From Eledone cirrhosa (Eukaryota), in the NCBI GenBank assembly GCA_964016885.1, contig OZ024753.1, positions 37,076,001 to 37,140,000 on the forward strand: a stretch of 64,000 nucleotides of DNA. The letters run 5' to 3'. A program made the translations under genes and the position numbers. Position 1 is the first letter of the stretch; the number at the start of each line of letters is the position of its first letter. The notes under the pieces were generated by a model. It ran no database searches. It worked only from the letters and a program-made list of their open reading frames with translations, and was not told the DNA's origin. Of this stretch, positions 40,156-53,483 are shown piece by piece.

Positions 40156-40368
40156 AACGATCGACTTTCGTCAAATCGGACCGAGGGAACAATGTTTCCG
40201 TTGGTCTTTCCAATTGCTAATACTATCTATCGGTCGCAACTCCAGGTAGAAGGAGCAACGTGAAATAAAGTGTCTTGCTCAAGGACATAACGCATCACGT
40301 GGTCCAGGAATCGAACTCACAACCTTACGATTGCGAATCCAATTCTCTAACCACTCAGCCACACGCTT
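40156..40368 (-). mobile_element. SINE-B with 15-bp TSD (one mismatch)
   Basis: catgtaatat(c/g)tagg at 40141-40155 and 40369-40383. Confidence 0.85.
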
Positions 40369-40929
40369 CATGTAATATGTAGGTCTGCAAGCTACATGAG
40401 AAGATGCATGGCTAAGTGATTAGGGTGTTCGATTCTCTGAGACACATTATGCCATTGAGCAAGAATATATTCCACGTTGCTCCAGTCCACTCAGCGTTGT
40501 CCCAGTGTCACACTGGATCTTCTTGGGTACTGTAGACTGCTCCCTCGCTTGCAGGTTAATTTCTCTGATACAGTCGCGTCGAAATCGATGGAGGCCCAAC
40601 ACGTACTACAAGCTCTCTCTCTCTCTTTCATGTATTACACACATACCGACACACACTGCACATACTGATACACTCCCGCATACAGGTTACACACATACAT
40701 ACACACACAGGCATACACCTACGCATTCATATATACACATACACACACATACACAGTCTAAATAAAATCCTATTGTAAACCTTGCCCAGATTTAAACCAT
40801 TGAGAGTAAATATTCATGTGTAGACCCACAGTCTCCAGAAATATGGATACATATAAGATATTTTCCTAGGTTTATATTTTCTTTAAAAACATTAGCCACT
40901 TGTACCAATTAAAACATCTGCAAAAAGTT

Positions 40930-41150
40930 CTTGTGGTTAGAATGTCTAAGGAAAGAATCGCATGACAGATTTCGTGAGCAAAGGAAGACCACGAGTAAGA
41001 TTGTTGGATAATATGTACGAGCTCGGTTGGTCTCTCTTGTAGATCCAGCTGGAACATTTGGAGAGGTTGGCTTCTAATAAGACCCTTTGGTAGGCGTGAC
41101 TGAGGACCCTGTCCTCTCCTCCAAGACCATAGGAATACGTGGAGGAGAAA
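40930..41150 (+). mobile_element. Diverged RTE LINE 3' fragment
   Basis: Aligns by eye with 18705-18957 (tgtggttagaatgtctaaggaaagaatcgc..ttggataat..gagctcggttgg). Confidence 0.65.
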
Positions 41151-41469
41151 AAAAAAGCAAAAGCATAAAAAAAAGAAAAAGAAAATATAACAGAAATATT
41201 GGTCATTCTTTAATTATATTCTTTATTTTTATTTCCTGTTTGTGTTGTACTGCACAGGTAGAGCCGCTAGAGCCCAGGACAGAATGATTCACTGCATTTG
41301 TTCAGGATTACTGTGCCCTGATTTCAAAATCCGCCGAGGGAAACTTCCCCTTTGAATGAAAAAGTACCAGTTTAATACTGATGTCGGTTCGTCTTTGCTT
41401 CCCGCTCAGTCACTCTATTTTCTCCTCTGTTCAGACCCGAAGGAATTTATGTAGAGATCTGTTCCTTGT

Positions 41470-43365
41470 TATATTATATAGACAGCTCAGGGTATTAGTG
41501 TGGGTGTTGGTTGTTATATTATATTAACTGGTCAAGATACAGATGTGGGTGTTGGTTGACTGGTCAAGATACAGATGTGGGTGTTGGTTGTTATATTATA
41601 TTGACTGCTCAAGTTACAGATGTGGGTGTTGGTTGACTGGTCAAGATACAGATGTAGGTGTTGGTTGACTGGTCAAGATACAGATGTGGGTGTTGGTTGT
41701 TATATTATATTGACTGGTCAAGTTACAGATGTGGGTGTTGGTTGTTATATTATACTGACTGGTCAAGTTACAAATGTGAGTGTTGGTTGTTATATTATAT
41801 TGACTGGTCAAGTTACATATGTGAGTGTTGGTTGTTATATTATATTGACTGGTCAAGTTACAAATGTGAGTGTTGGTTGTTATATTATATTGACTGGTCA
41901 AGTTACAAATGTGGGTGTTGGTTGTTATATTATACTGACTGGTCAAGTTACAAATGTGAGTGTTGGTTGTTATATTATACTGACTGGTCAAGTTACAAAT
42001 GTGAGTGTTGGTTGTTATATTATATTGACTGGTCAAGTTACAAATGTGAGTGTTGGTTGTTATATTATATTGACTGGTCAAGTTACAAATGTGAGTATTG
42101 GTTGTTATATTATACTGACTGGTCAAGTTACAAATGTGAGTGTTGGTTGTTATATTATACTGACTGGTCAAGTTACAAATGTGAGTGTTGGTTGTTATAT
42201 TATATTGACTGGTCAAGTTACAAATGTGAGTGTTGGTTGTTATATTATATTGACTGGTCAAGTTACAAATGTGAGTGTTGGTTGTTATATTATATTGACT
42301 GGTCAAGTTACAAATGTGAGTGTTGGTTGTTATATTATATTGACTGGTCAAGATACAGATGTGGGTTTTGGTTGTTATATTATATTGACTGGTCAAGTTA
42401 CAAATGTGAGTGTTGGTTGTATATTATACTGACTGGTCAAGATACAGATGTGGGTTTTGGTTGTTATATTATACTGACTGGTCAAGATACAGATGTGGGT
42501 GTTGGTTGTTATATCATACTGACTGGTCAAGATACAGATGTGGGTGTAGGTTGTTATATTATACTGACTGGTCAAGATACAGATGTGGGTGTTGGTTGTT
42601 ATATTATATTGACTGGTCAAGATACAGATGTGGGTGTTGGTTGTTATATTATATTGACTGGTCAAGATACAGATGTGGGTTTTGGTTGTTATATTATATT
42701 GACTGGTCAAGTTACAAATGTGAGTGTTGGTTGTTATATTATATTGACTGGTCAAGATACAGATGTGGGTTTTGGTTGTTATATTATATTGACTGGTCAA
42801 GTTACAAATGTGAGTGTTGGTTGTATATTATACTGACTGGTCAAGATACAGATGTGGGTTTTGGTTGTTATATTATACTGACTGGTCAAGATACAGATGT
42901 GGGTGTTGGTTGTTATATCATACTGACTGGTCAAGATACAGATGTGGGTGTAGGTTGTTATATTATACTGACTGGTCAAGATACAGATGTGGGTGTTGGT
43001 TGTTATATTATACTGACTGGTCAAGATACAGATGTGGGTGTTGGTTGTTATATTATACTGACTGGTCAAGATACAGATGTGGGTGTTGGTTGTTATATTA
43101 TACTGACTGGTCAAGATACAGATGTGGGTGTTGGTTGTTATATTATATTGACTGGTCAAGTTACAAATGTGAGTGTTGGTTGTATATTATACTGACTGGT
43201 CAAGATACAGATGTGGGTGTTGGTTGTTATATTATACTGACTGGTCAAGATACAGATGTGGGTGTTGGTTGTTATATTATACTGACTGGTCAAGATACAG
43301 ATGTGGGTGTTGGTTGTTATATTATATAGACAGATCAGGGTATTAGTGTGGGTATTGCTTGGTTG
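41470..43365. repeat. 45-bp minisatellite, ~40 copies, with higher-order blocks
   Basis: Unit gactggtcaag(t/a)taca(a/g)atgtg(a/g)gtgttggttgttatattata(t/c)t. Confidence 0.95.
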
Positions 43366-43920
43366 CCATAATATATTGACAGGAGGAACCGATGTGGATG
43401 TTGCTTTGTTCGATCAACCGAGCGCCAAGCTCGTGTATTCCAAAACATAGAAAAAAAAAACGATGTGTCCTGAATGTAATTCCTCCAAGGCTGAATGGAC
43501 TGGGACCATAGTTGACAAGGCTGACTGGACATTTGAATTACAGCTACAATCCATCTGACAGGCTTTAACACTTCCCACCAATCTAATTCCACCCAAACCC
43601 CTTCCGGCATTATTTCTTGGGCTGCTCATATCGTACTAATAAAACACGAAATTTATAAATACACACACACATACACACCCAAACATATGTACACGCACAC
43701 ATAAATATCCTTAGACAGCATATGTAAAAGTTTTAGGAAATGTAAATATATGTAATTAAATGTAAATAAAGACTGTAAACGGAAAATGTATGTAAACTAT
43801 ATAATGAAGATTTATTTCCAAAGATTGAAAAGTATATCACTATCAAAATGTACTCAGAAAAAGTAACTACATTTTATAAATACAAACACATACATACACG
43901 ATACACAGTGTATATAAGAT

Positions 43921-44142
43921 TAAAGAAAGTGCTCAAGTGCAGAAATTCTATAAAGATAGCTTACAAAATAGGGTGAAGACCTTTAAAAGATGGAAAAAGG
44001 AGTTACCATTGGCTGCTCTGGGTGAAATGGAGTTCAATTCCTCATAGCGGCCAATGGCAACTTCTTTTTCCGCCTTTTAAGGGTCTTCCCCCTATTTTAT
44101 AAGATATATTTATAGCATTTCTGCGCTTGAACACTTTCTTTA
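43921..44142. repeat. Imperfect ~100-bp inverted repeat (foldback/MITE-like)
   Basis: Arms 43921-44020 and ~44043-44142 align with scattered substitutions. TA-flanked. Confidence 0.75.
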
Positions 44143-44224
44143 TACTTCTATATATATTCTCAGCGCTTAAAGGCCAAAAATTCGGCTTCGTACATTGCTT
44201 GTATATATATATATAAAAGGAGTT

Positions 44225-44405
44225 GATTGACTTTTCGTCAAATCGGACCGAGGAAACAATGTTTCCGTTGGTCTTTCCAATTGTTAATACTATCTATCGG
44301 TCGCAGCTCCAGGTAGAAGGCAATGTGAAATAAAGTGTCTTGCTCAAGGACATAACGCATCGCTTGGTCGAGGAATCATGATTGCGAATTCAGTTCTCTA
44401 ACCAA
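44225..44405 (-). mobile_element. SINE-B copy
   Basis: Reverse-strand match with an internal deletion. Confidence 0.75.
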
Positions 44406-44406
44406 T

Positions 44407-44461
<55 letters not shown>

Positions 44462-44751
44462 AGAAAATGTAAATATATTTCAATCAACGTAAGTATATTC
44501 TACATAATAAAGATTTATGTTCATTATAAAATGTACTCAAGATACATATTTAGTTATCGTTAAAAGGTTAGTCGAACGGGAGGTCCCCTACGTGTATTTT
44601 TACATCTCTGAGTAGAGTGGTTAAGGTTTCACCTCTGGAGGAATTTATATATACATGTTTTGAGTACAAACTACAGATAAGAGCAATCAACACAATACAG
44701 AAATTGAGAATATTAATATCAACAGTTTTCCCTATTTTTACATCATTTTTA

Positions 44752-44797
44752 CAAACTGTTTCGAAGCTGTAAATACGACCAGCTCTTTCAGATGCGA
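44752..44797 (-). ncRNA. Degenerate hammerhead-like motif
   Basis: Minus strand CTGAAAG-AGCTG-gtcgtattta-CAGCTTC-GAAACAGT; the core is imperfect. Confidence 0.3.
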
Positions 44798-44824
44798 TAA
44801 AGAAAGGGGAGTTTTGAGATGAAG

Positions 44825-44862
<38 letters not shown>

Positions 44863-44865
<3 letters not shown>

Positions 44866-44964
44866 ATGTATCCCCCCAAAAATGTATACACACTTCAACA
44901 GCATTCTAATGCATATTGCCTGTACAGGTAATCAAAGTATGTATACATGTTTTGGGACACCCTG
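44863..44964. mobile_element. Same MITE family (opposite orientation, small insert)
   Basis: ccccaaaaatgtatacacact..gtatacatgttttgggacaccctgta. Confidence 0.7.
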
Positions 44965-44998
<34 letters not shown>

Positions 44999-45024
44999 TG
45001 TATGTATGTATGTATGTATGTATG

Positions 45025-45300
45025 GTCAGGTCACCAGTTGGTGCTATTGGTAACATGTATCCCAGTACAACCTGTCTCATGGTCGGGTTGTTGGCGACTA
45101 AACTGGCAACCCCACCAAGGTTTCTTGGTGAGGAGGGTGACTTTGGACATCCTGCAGGACTAAAAACAAAACCTGTCAAAGGGCAAAGGAGCTCTTAAGA
45201 GTCAATGGCCATCCAAAATCACCGGGAGAGATGACCCCTTAGCCTTTGTCAAGGCAGAATTCTAGGAGAAGGAAAACTCTGATATAACACCTGCAACCCT
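45025..45300 (+). mobile_element. Probable LINE (RTE-like) 5' region relic
   Basis: The motif ctaggagaaggaaaactctga recalls RTE 5'UTRs. A related fragment lies at 29355-29430. Confidence 0.35.
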
Positions 45301-47131
45301 GATGGTATCCAATGATGTTGACTTGTTCTTCTTTTTGGTAAATATCATCTTGGTTAAGAGAATGGGACTGGCTTTGTGCAGTGCCTTTGCTCACTATAAA
45401 AGCTTCACGGCACAGGCATTGCTTTATATCTGGAGATCTCTCTGCACTTGTCATCAAATGGTACCATGGGCCCAGCACTATGTGTCAGTAATTGTCACAA
45501 GTGTAGTGTTTGTACCAGAGTTTTCAAGTCGCTGGCTGGACTAAAAAGTCACACTCGTTCAGCGCATCGGTAGGAGTTCTCCTACATGGATATAAAGTAA
45601 TGGCCGTACTCGAAAACGAGTTGGCAGCCACCATGTATGTATGTATGTATGTATGTATGTATGTATGTATGTGTGTGTTTACGTTTGTGTGTGCATATCT
45701 TTGTTTCGTAATTGAGCAGTTCGACAAACAGAAAGTACTAAAGTATCAGACTTGTTAAACTACGTACTGAGGTTGTTATGCTAGACTAAATAGATTTAAG
45801 GCGGTGTCCGAGTCAAACCAGTAAAAGAATAAAAGGATAATGGAAGAAATATATATGGATTGCCTGTCAGTAGGTTCTAATTTCCTTGATTTATAATTTA
45901 GTGAGATTCAATAAAATTCTTACTTTTGTAAATATTTTTTAGCAAAGAACCCAAATGGAAAAAAAAATGTGTAGTACGAAATAACTACTAGTTGTAGCTC
46001 GATTCTGGTAACCCTTACCTAAAGTCCCTATATGGTGGTAACTGGTCGGGGGAAAAAAGGAGACGATCCAATGAAATCCAATAAATCCTACCTCTTCAAA
46101 ATTCCGACGTAGCAAACTTGCTTAAAGAGCAAACGACTGTGTATGTGGGCATGTGTGTGTGTTTGTGTATATGTGTGTGTGTGTGTGTGTGTCCGGGTAT
46201 TCGTGTGTATTTGTGTATGTGCATGTCTGTGCTTGTGTGTATGTGTGTGTGCTCTTATGTGTGTGCGTATATGTACGGGTATTCGTGTGTATTTGTGTGT
46301 GTGTGTGTGTGCTCGTATGTGTGTGTGAGTCTATGTATTCGTGTGTGTGTCCGTCCGGGTGTCGTGTGTGTATGTAGTGTCGTGTGTGAACAAATCTGCA
46401 GCGGCTGTAATGGTTGCACCTAAACCTAAAGTATTTACTCATGTATCCACTCATACTCACACTCACTTCTACAGCCCCACTAGAAACTAAAAATCCTCCC
46501 CCAAACCCCCTCTCTGTGTCCTATCTCTCTCCATCACCCCCTCCATTTTATTGTCTTTTTCCTCCTCTTTCTTTTCCTTCTATTCAATATGTTTACCACA
46601 CACAACACACACACACACACACACAACATACACTATGCATGCTCTCACACACACACACACACACACACAACATACACTATGCATGCTCTCACACACACAC
46701 ACACACACACAACATACACTATGCATGCTCTCACACACACACACAGGTACACATACACAACATGCACCACACACACACACACAACATACACTATGCATGC
46801 TCTCACACACACAGGTACACATACACAACATGCACCACACACTCACACAACATACACTATACATGCTCTCTCACACACATACAGGTACACATACACAACA
46901 TGCAACACACACACAACATACACTATGCATGCTCTCACACACATACAGATACACACACACAACATGCACCACACACACACACAACATACACTATGCATGC
47001 TCTCATACGCATCCTCGTACACACATTCAACATATACCATACACACGATCACACACACTTGCTGTTATGCACACACAAGACACAAACACAGACACATCAT
47101 ATACCATACACACGTTCACACACTCCCCCCT

Positions 47132-47212
<81 letters not shown>

Positions 47213-47397
47213 TTCAAAAGTGATTCACCTGGATTACATTAATAACTAGTTGTGTTATTTGTATTGAGAGGTGTTTAATGTTTGGAGAGATTGAAAGCAA
47301 GATTTAAACTAAGACTATATGATAAGGTTAGAGCTAAATATCACATGTACTTCATCTGACTCTACCCTTTTCTGAGTCCTTGAACGTAGTATATAGG

Positions 47398-47541
47398 CAG
47401 ACCTGCCAACCTCTGAAAACCCAAAATGGGGAGATTTTACATAATGAAAGTTATACCCATTTTCACAAGAGAAGGCATCTCACACCCACCATAAAGTGGA
47501 TGGGAGATCTCCCCGTCCGACGGGGAGAATTGACAGGTCTG
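47398..47541. mobile_element. Non-autonomous hAT-like element
   Basis: TIRs CAGACCTGCCAA and TTGACAGGTCTG. TATAGG is duplicated on both flanks (6 bp visible; hAT normally gives 8). Confidence 0.6.
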
Positions 47542-48897
47542 TATAGGTAAAGTACAATCAATAGTAGATGTAGTGGTGGTGATGGTGGCGGTGGTGGTAT
47601 GGTCTCTTAACACCTAATGAAGTCGTAGGGGCACCGTAGGGGTATACAGCGTTTCTGGGCCATTGTTTTAAAACCTGGTGGAGTCCGTTTCCTCTCCAGG
47701 TCAGAATACAGCAGATTTCTTAGAGGGAAGAATAGAAAGTGAGAGATAGGATGTGAGAAAATGTTAGAGAGGAAAAATCAACCCCCCTCCCCCAGTACTA
47801 GATTGATATTTTTTTTATTGACCTTGAAAGGGTGGAATACAAAGTTGACCTTGGTAGGATTCGAACTCAGAGAGCACAGAGCCGATACGAATACCACAAA
47901 GCATTCTATCTGATGTTCTAACAACCCTGCCAATTCGTTATCTTTATAGTAGCCATTAGTGTGTTAGATTTTATTCCTGGTATCTGCATTCTAAGTTCAA
48001 ATCCCGCCAGGGTCCATTTTCCCTTTCATTCTTTCAGGGTTATTTTAGTGCCAAATTTTAGTGCAGGCCTTTCTCCTTTTAGCTGTCATATCGCTTTAAT
48101 TTAGTCGATATCACTCAGTACATTTTCGTTTCATGTTTGATACATATATTATCAATCTCTATTTGTCGAATAGCTAAGCTACGGTAAATAAACACAGACA
48201 CATACGTAAACAGAGACAAGAACATATACATGTACATGCAGAAGCTCGCGTACACACACACACATACACATACATACACATACACATACACACATGTATA
48301 TATATACACGCACCTACATACGTATATATACAACAAGTGTCTGCAGTTTTTGTCTATCAAATTTCGCCCACACATCATTGGTCAAGCCTCGCAACTGGAG
48401 AAGCAGAACCATGTGATTGTGAAACGAACTCCTTAACATACACCATGTCTGCGCCTATATATATACATATATGCATATGCTTGTGCGTATATATATATAT
48501 AAAGAAAACAAATATATAAATATAAAAGGAAAACAAATCATGGCCACCATTTTAATTATACATGACAGACGTATTAATATTATTAATAATATTAATAATT
48601 CTATTAAAAATGAACAGAAAAGATTATGTTCTACGTGGAACTAAATATATCAAACTTGCAGAGCTGGTGTATTTTTTGTGGTGGCTTTAAAGTTATAATA
48701 ATACTGTGTGGTGGTGTGTATTGCTAATACATGTATTTATTAAGGGGTTTTCGAAGTTAAAGCTTCCAGACTTGGCGACTAATCTGATTAGATTTGTTAC
48801 AACATATGTGTTAGTGCAGCTCTGCACGTAGTACACATGCACACATACACAGACAGGCATACATACTCACATTCATCCATATCATTGAATTTCTAAT

Positions 48898-48931
<34 letters not shown>

Positions 48932-48980
48932 GTATATATATATGTATATATACACACACACATATATATATATGTATATA

Positions 48981-49046
<66 letters not shown>

Positions 49047-49135
49047 AATATATATTTCCCCTGTGCATGTACATGTCTGTCGCCTGTATACAGCCTACCA
49101 CACATATACATATTCACCCATCTCTACTACTACTA

Positions 49136-49213
<78 letters not shown>

Positions 49214-49305
49214 TCTCCCCCTATGCATGTATATGCCTGCGCCTGTATATGTGTATACAACCCAATTTTGCCCATAGAAATAGATAAGCACTCACAGGCA
49301 TGCAC

Positions 49306-49392
<87 letters not shown>

Positions 49393-49429
49393 CGTTCACA
49401 CAAACACGCACACATGCTCACCAATGCAA

Positions 49430-49465
<36 letters not shown>

Positions 49466-49544
49466 GCACCCACATCATTAAATGCACATATGATCTGACT
49501 GGGTCAGAACGAAAAATCGTCTAGACTTCCTCACCCCCTCTCTC

Positions 49545-49932
<388 letters not shown>

Positions 49933-50089
49933 ACGAAGTTACACAAACATAATCTCATACATTAATATATCCATACGCATGCACGTGAGCTTTACGCATT
50001 TATATGTGTAGGTGTGTGTGAGTAAGTGTGTGTGTTTATGTGTATGTATATATATATATATATATACATATACACACACATATATAAAT

Positions 50090-50150
<61 letters not shown>

Positions 50151-50199
50151 TATATATATATACACACACATACGCATTAACATCTACATAGAAATCTCC

Positions 50200-50515
50200 G
50201 CCAGTTCCAACGTCGTGTCTTCCAGTTGTTCGAAACAACGGAACAGCCTACTTCATGAATTTGATGTGGCTGAGTATTCCACAGACACGTGTATCTTGAA
50301 CGTAATTCTCAGGGAGATTCAGTGTAACACAGTGAGGCACAACAAAGTTTGACATTTTCAATTACATATACAGCGCATTTTTATTAGTTGAGTGGGCTGA
50401 AACATTTTGAAATAAAGAGTCTTGCTGAAGGACATAATGTGCTGCTGGGAATCGAACTCACGACCCCACGATCACGAGAAAAACATTCTAACCACTAAGA
50501 CACGCACCTTCACAC
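50200..50515 (-). mobile_element. Longer SINE-B-related subfamily
   Basis: tRNA-like head plus CORE-like motif plus body ..ctcagggagattcag... Related pieces at 11850-12020, 32160-32430, 37920-38315, 54610-54805 and 60590-60760. Confidence 0.7.
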
Positions 50516-50841
50516 AAATCTCTGCATACACGTGCTTTTGTGAGTAAATTAAACAACGCATTCACCATCATACATGAACATATGCATATGTGTATGTATG
50601 CATATATGTTTGTATGTATGCATATATGCATATATGCGTGTGTTCATGTATGCATATGCATATATATATATATATATATATGTATGCATGTGTGCGTGAA
50701 TATATGTATATGAGTATCCGAGCATTTAAGTGCTCATGTATGTGATTGCAGGTATATGTTTCTGCGTGTGTATGTGTGTGTATGCGTGTGTATGTGTGTA
50801 CAATTCAATTTTGCCCGCAGAAATAAACAGATAAGTGTTTA

Positions 50842-50916
<75 letters not shown>

Positions 50917-51068
50917 TCTGAAACCAACAGCCCTTCCCCTACCCCAACTCTTCCTGTTTATATTTGGTAAAAAATTCATAACCAATCCGTAGCTCCGCCA
51001 TAAACCATCTTATGTGTGTATATGAGTGCGTGTTTGTGTGAGTATATATATATATATATATATATATA

Positions 51069-51144
51069 CAGGGTGTCCCCAAAAATGTATACACACTTTA
51101 ATTAGAATGGTGTTGAAGCGTATATACATTTTTGTGGGACACCC

Positions 51145-51146
<2 letters not shown>
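51069..51146. mobile_element. Same MITE family
   Basis: cagggtgtccccaaaaatgtata..tatacatttttgtgggacaccct, in (TA)n. Confidence 0.8.
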
Positions 51147-51199
<53 letters not shown>

Positions 51200-51346
51200 T
51201 GAGCCATATCATGATTGTGTGTATGGCATATCTATCTATATATATATATGTGTGTGTATATAGATATAGATATTTATGTTTGTGTGTTTATGTATATATA
51301 TAGGTGTGTGTATATAGATATAGATATTTATGTTTGTGTGTTTATG

Positions 51347-51379
<33 letters not shown>

Positions 51380-51446
51380 TGATGTGTGTGTGTGTGTGTC
51401 TGTGTGTATTGAGCCATATCATGATTGTGTCTATGGCATATCTATC

Positions 51447-51479
<33 letters not shown>

Positions 51480-51509
51480 ATATATAGATATATTTATGTC
51501 TGTGTGTTT

Positions 51510-51549
<40 letters not shown>

Positions 51550-51660
51550 ATGTGTGGGGTGTGTGTGTCTGTGTGTGTGTGTATGTATGTATGGCATATC
51601 TATCTATCTATATATATATATATGTGTGTGTGTATATATATATATTTATGTTTGTGTGTT

Positions 51661-51695
<35 letters not shown>

Positions 51696-52110
51696 CTGTG
51701 TGTCTGTGTGTATTGAGCCATTTTATGATTCCGACACCCTCTATACCCACTGCCGCCATAATTGCTTCTCAGTTTGTCCACAATTCCTAATCTGACAATT
51801 GATTATGCGATGCCCGTCAGACACACGCCAGCAGTGCTGAAATAGCTGAGATGGCTGAAAAACAAAGGTGTGAGTGAGTGCGTGTGTGTATGTGAGTGTG
51901 TATGCGTGTATGTGTGTGTATGTGTTACTATGTACGTACGTGTGCATGTGTCTGTGTGTGTGTATTTTTTCCATATCTCAATTTTCTGAAGAAGACCTTA
52001 ACCGGAAACGTGCTTTATTGCATTTTTCTCACTTATCAAGAACGTTAAACTAATAACTGATTTCTTTTTATTTTGTACCACATTCCCTCTTGGTTTTATT
52101 CTTTTGTTTA

Positions 52111-52185
<75 letters not shown>

Positions 52186-52385
52186 GGTACGTTATTCCGG
52201 GTTGAATCGGAGGTAACCACAGTAAGTAAGGTACTCAATACATAGCAGAGTATGAAAGTTTTAATATAGATGAGATTCTATAAGACTAGAACTGTTTCAT
52301 TCTTTAGAAATCATCAGGAATCCCATCAGAGATTCCTGATGATTTCTAAAGAATGAAACAGTTCTAGTCCTGTAGAATCTCATAT
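52186..52385 (-). mobile_element. Family H1 HHR element with 5' inversion (back-to-back hammerheads)
   Basis: 52271-52324 is the reverse complement of 52329-52382. The tail at 52205-52265 matches the tails at 23070-23125 and 36895-36948. TA-flanked. Confidence 0.7.
52329..52381 (+). ncRNA. Type I hammerhead ribozyme (family H1)
   Basis: gagattc-CTGATGA-tttc-taaa-gaat-GAAA-cag-ttctagtc-ctg-TA-gaatctc: perfect 7-bp helix I, GUA triplet, U-U at the base of helix II. Confidence 0.75.
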
Positions 52386-52544
52386 ATATATATATATATA
52401 TCTAGGGAGTGTAGCAACGAGGTACTGTAGGTTCACCCGGGTGAGCACTCGATGTTCAGGTTCACGTGGTATCGAGGTGTAGAGCTACTACAGAGGTCCG
52501 ACGATCTTTTGATTCCAGAGTCGGGCCAGATTGATACAGATCGA

Positions 52545-52580
52545 ACCTTGAGCTGATCAGTAGCGAAACGCGCGTCACCA
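52545..52580 (+). ncRNA. Degenerate hammerhead motif with palindromic helix III
   Basis: GCT-gatcagt-AGC-GAAA-CGCGCG-TC. The 5' core is decayed (ccttga). Confidence 0.35.
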
Positions 52581-52634
52581 ACCAGTAAACGTAATGAAAT
52601 AGTAACCCCATATACATATGAAAGTATATACATA

Positions 52635-52753
52635 TAAAAGGCAAAGTCGACCTTAGCGGGATTTGAACTCAGAGAACAGAGATCCGTAAAGGGACATAAC
52701 TATACCACAGGGCGCGTTGTCCGGCGCTCTACCGATACTGCCAACCCTCCGCC
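52635..52753 (-). mobile_element. SINE-A 5' half
   Basis: Head and B box on the reverse strand. Confidence 0.7.
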
Positions 52754-52785
52754 CTAATACTATATTTAAAGAAATTTTGGGATTT

Positions 52786-52821
<36 letters not shown>

Positions 52822-52917
52822 AGAGTTCAACAAGATTCAATGAATACATCAAAGAATGAGTTTTACAATAGATTGGAAGCACTCTACAGTAAAAATATTT
52901 TCCAGAGTTATTAATAT

Positions 52918-53092
52918 TAATTCCAAATATTAACAAAATAGATATTCTTGTGATCAATTATATTTTATTATACATATTTCAGTTATATTTTATTATATAT
53001 ATTTCAGTTATATTTTATTATATATATTTATATAAAATATAATAAAATATAATTGATCACAAGAATATCTATTTTGTTAATATTTGGAATTA
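52918..53092. repeat. Inverted repeat (~55-bp arms) with an inner 25-bp unit x3 matching the H3 hammerhead 3' half
   Basis: Arms 52918-52972 and 53038-53092. The reverse complement of the inner unit is GAAAtatatataataaaata. Confidence 0.75.
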
Positions 53093-53105
53093 TTATATAT
53101 ATATA

Positions 53106-53296
53106 TAGGAACGAGTAAGACCCCGACGGCTGAGCTCAAGCCGTTTCGACGGCTAATTCAGTCCAGAATTAGCCGTCGAAACGGCTTGAGCTCAGCCGTC
53201 GGGGTCTTACTCGTTCCTATTACCCACTCTACTACCCTAAGTATTGAGTACTTTGGTGCGTTATGGTCCATCTGGTTCCTTACCACATTTCCTCCG

Positions 53297-53336
<40 letters not shown>

Positions 53337-53483
53337 CGAAGGAATTGTGGTGAGGAACCAGGTGGACCATAACGCACCAGAGTACTCAATACTTAGGGTA
53401 GTAGAGTGGGTAATAGGAAAAAGTCCAGAAATAGCCGTCGAAACGGCTTGAGCTCTGCCGTCGGGGTCTTGAACTTTTTCCTC
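53106..53483. mobile_element. Two family H2 fold-back elements tail-to-tail across a (TA)n tract
   Basis: Perfect hairpin 53106-53159/53166-53219, tail to ~53298, (TA)n, inverted tail 53333-53420, then another hammerhead 3' half at 53422-53483. Confidence 0.7.

Noticed and set aside
41620-43329. Several 120-390 aa ORFs with 15-aa repeats
   Set aside because: Products of a 45-bp minisatellite open in multiple frames on both strands and broken by 1-bp deletion variants.
51986-52012. ctgaagaag..ccggaaacgt hammerhead-like motif
   Set aside because: Helix II does not pair; at best a decayed relative of the 17629 motif.
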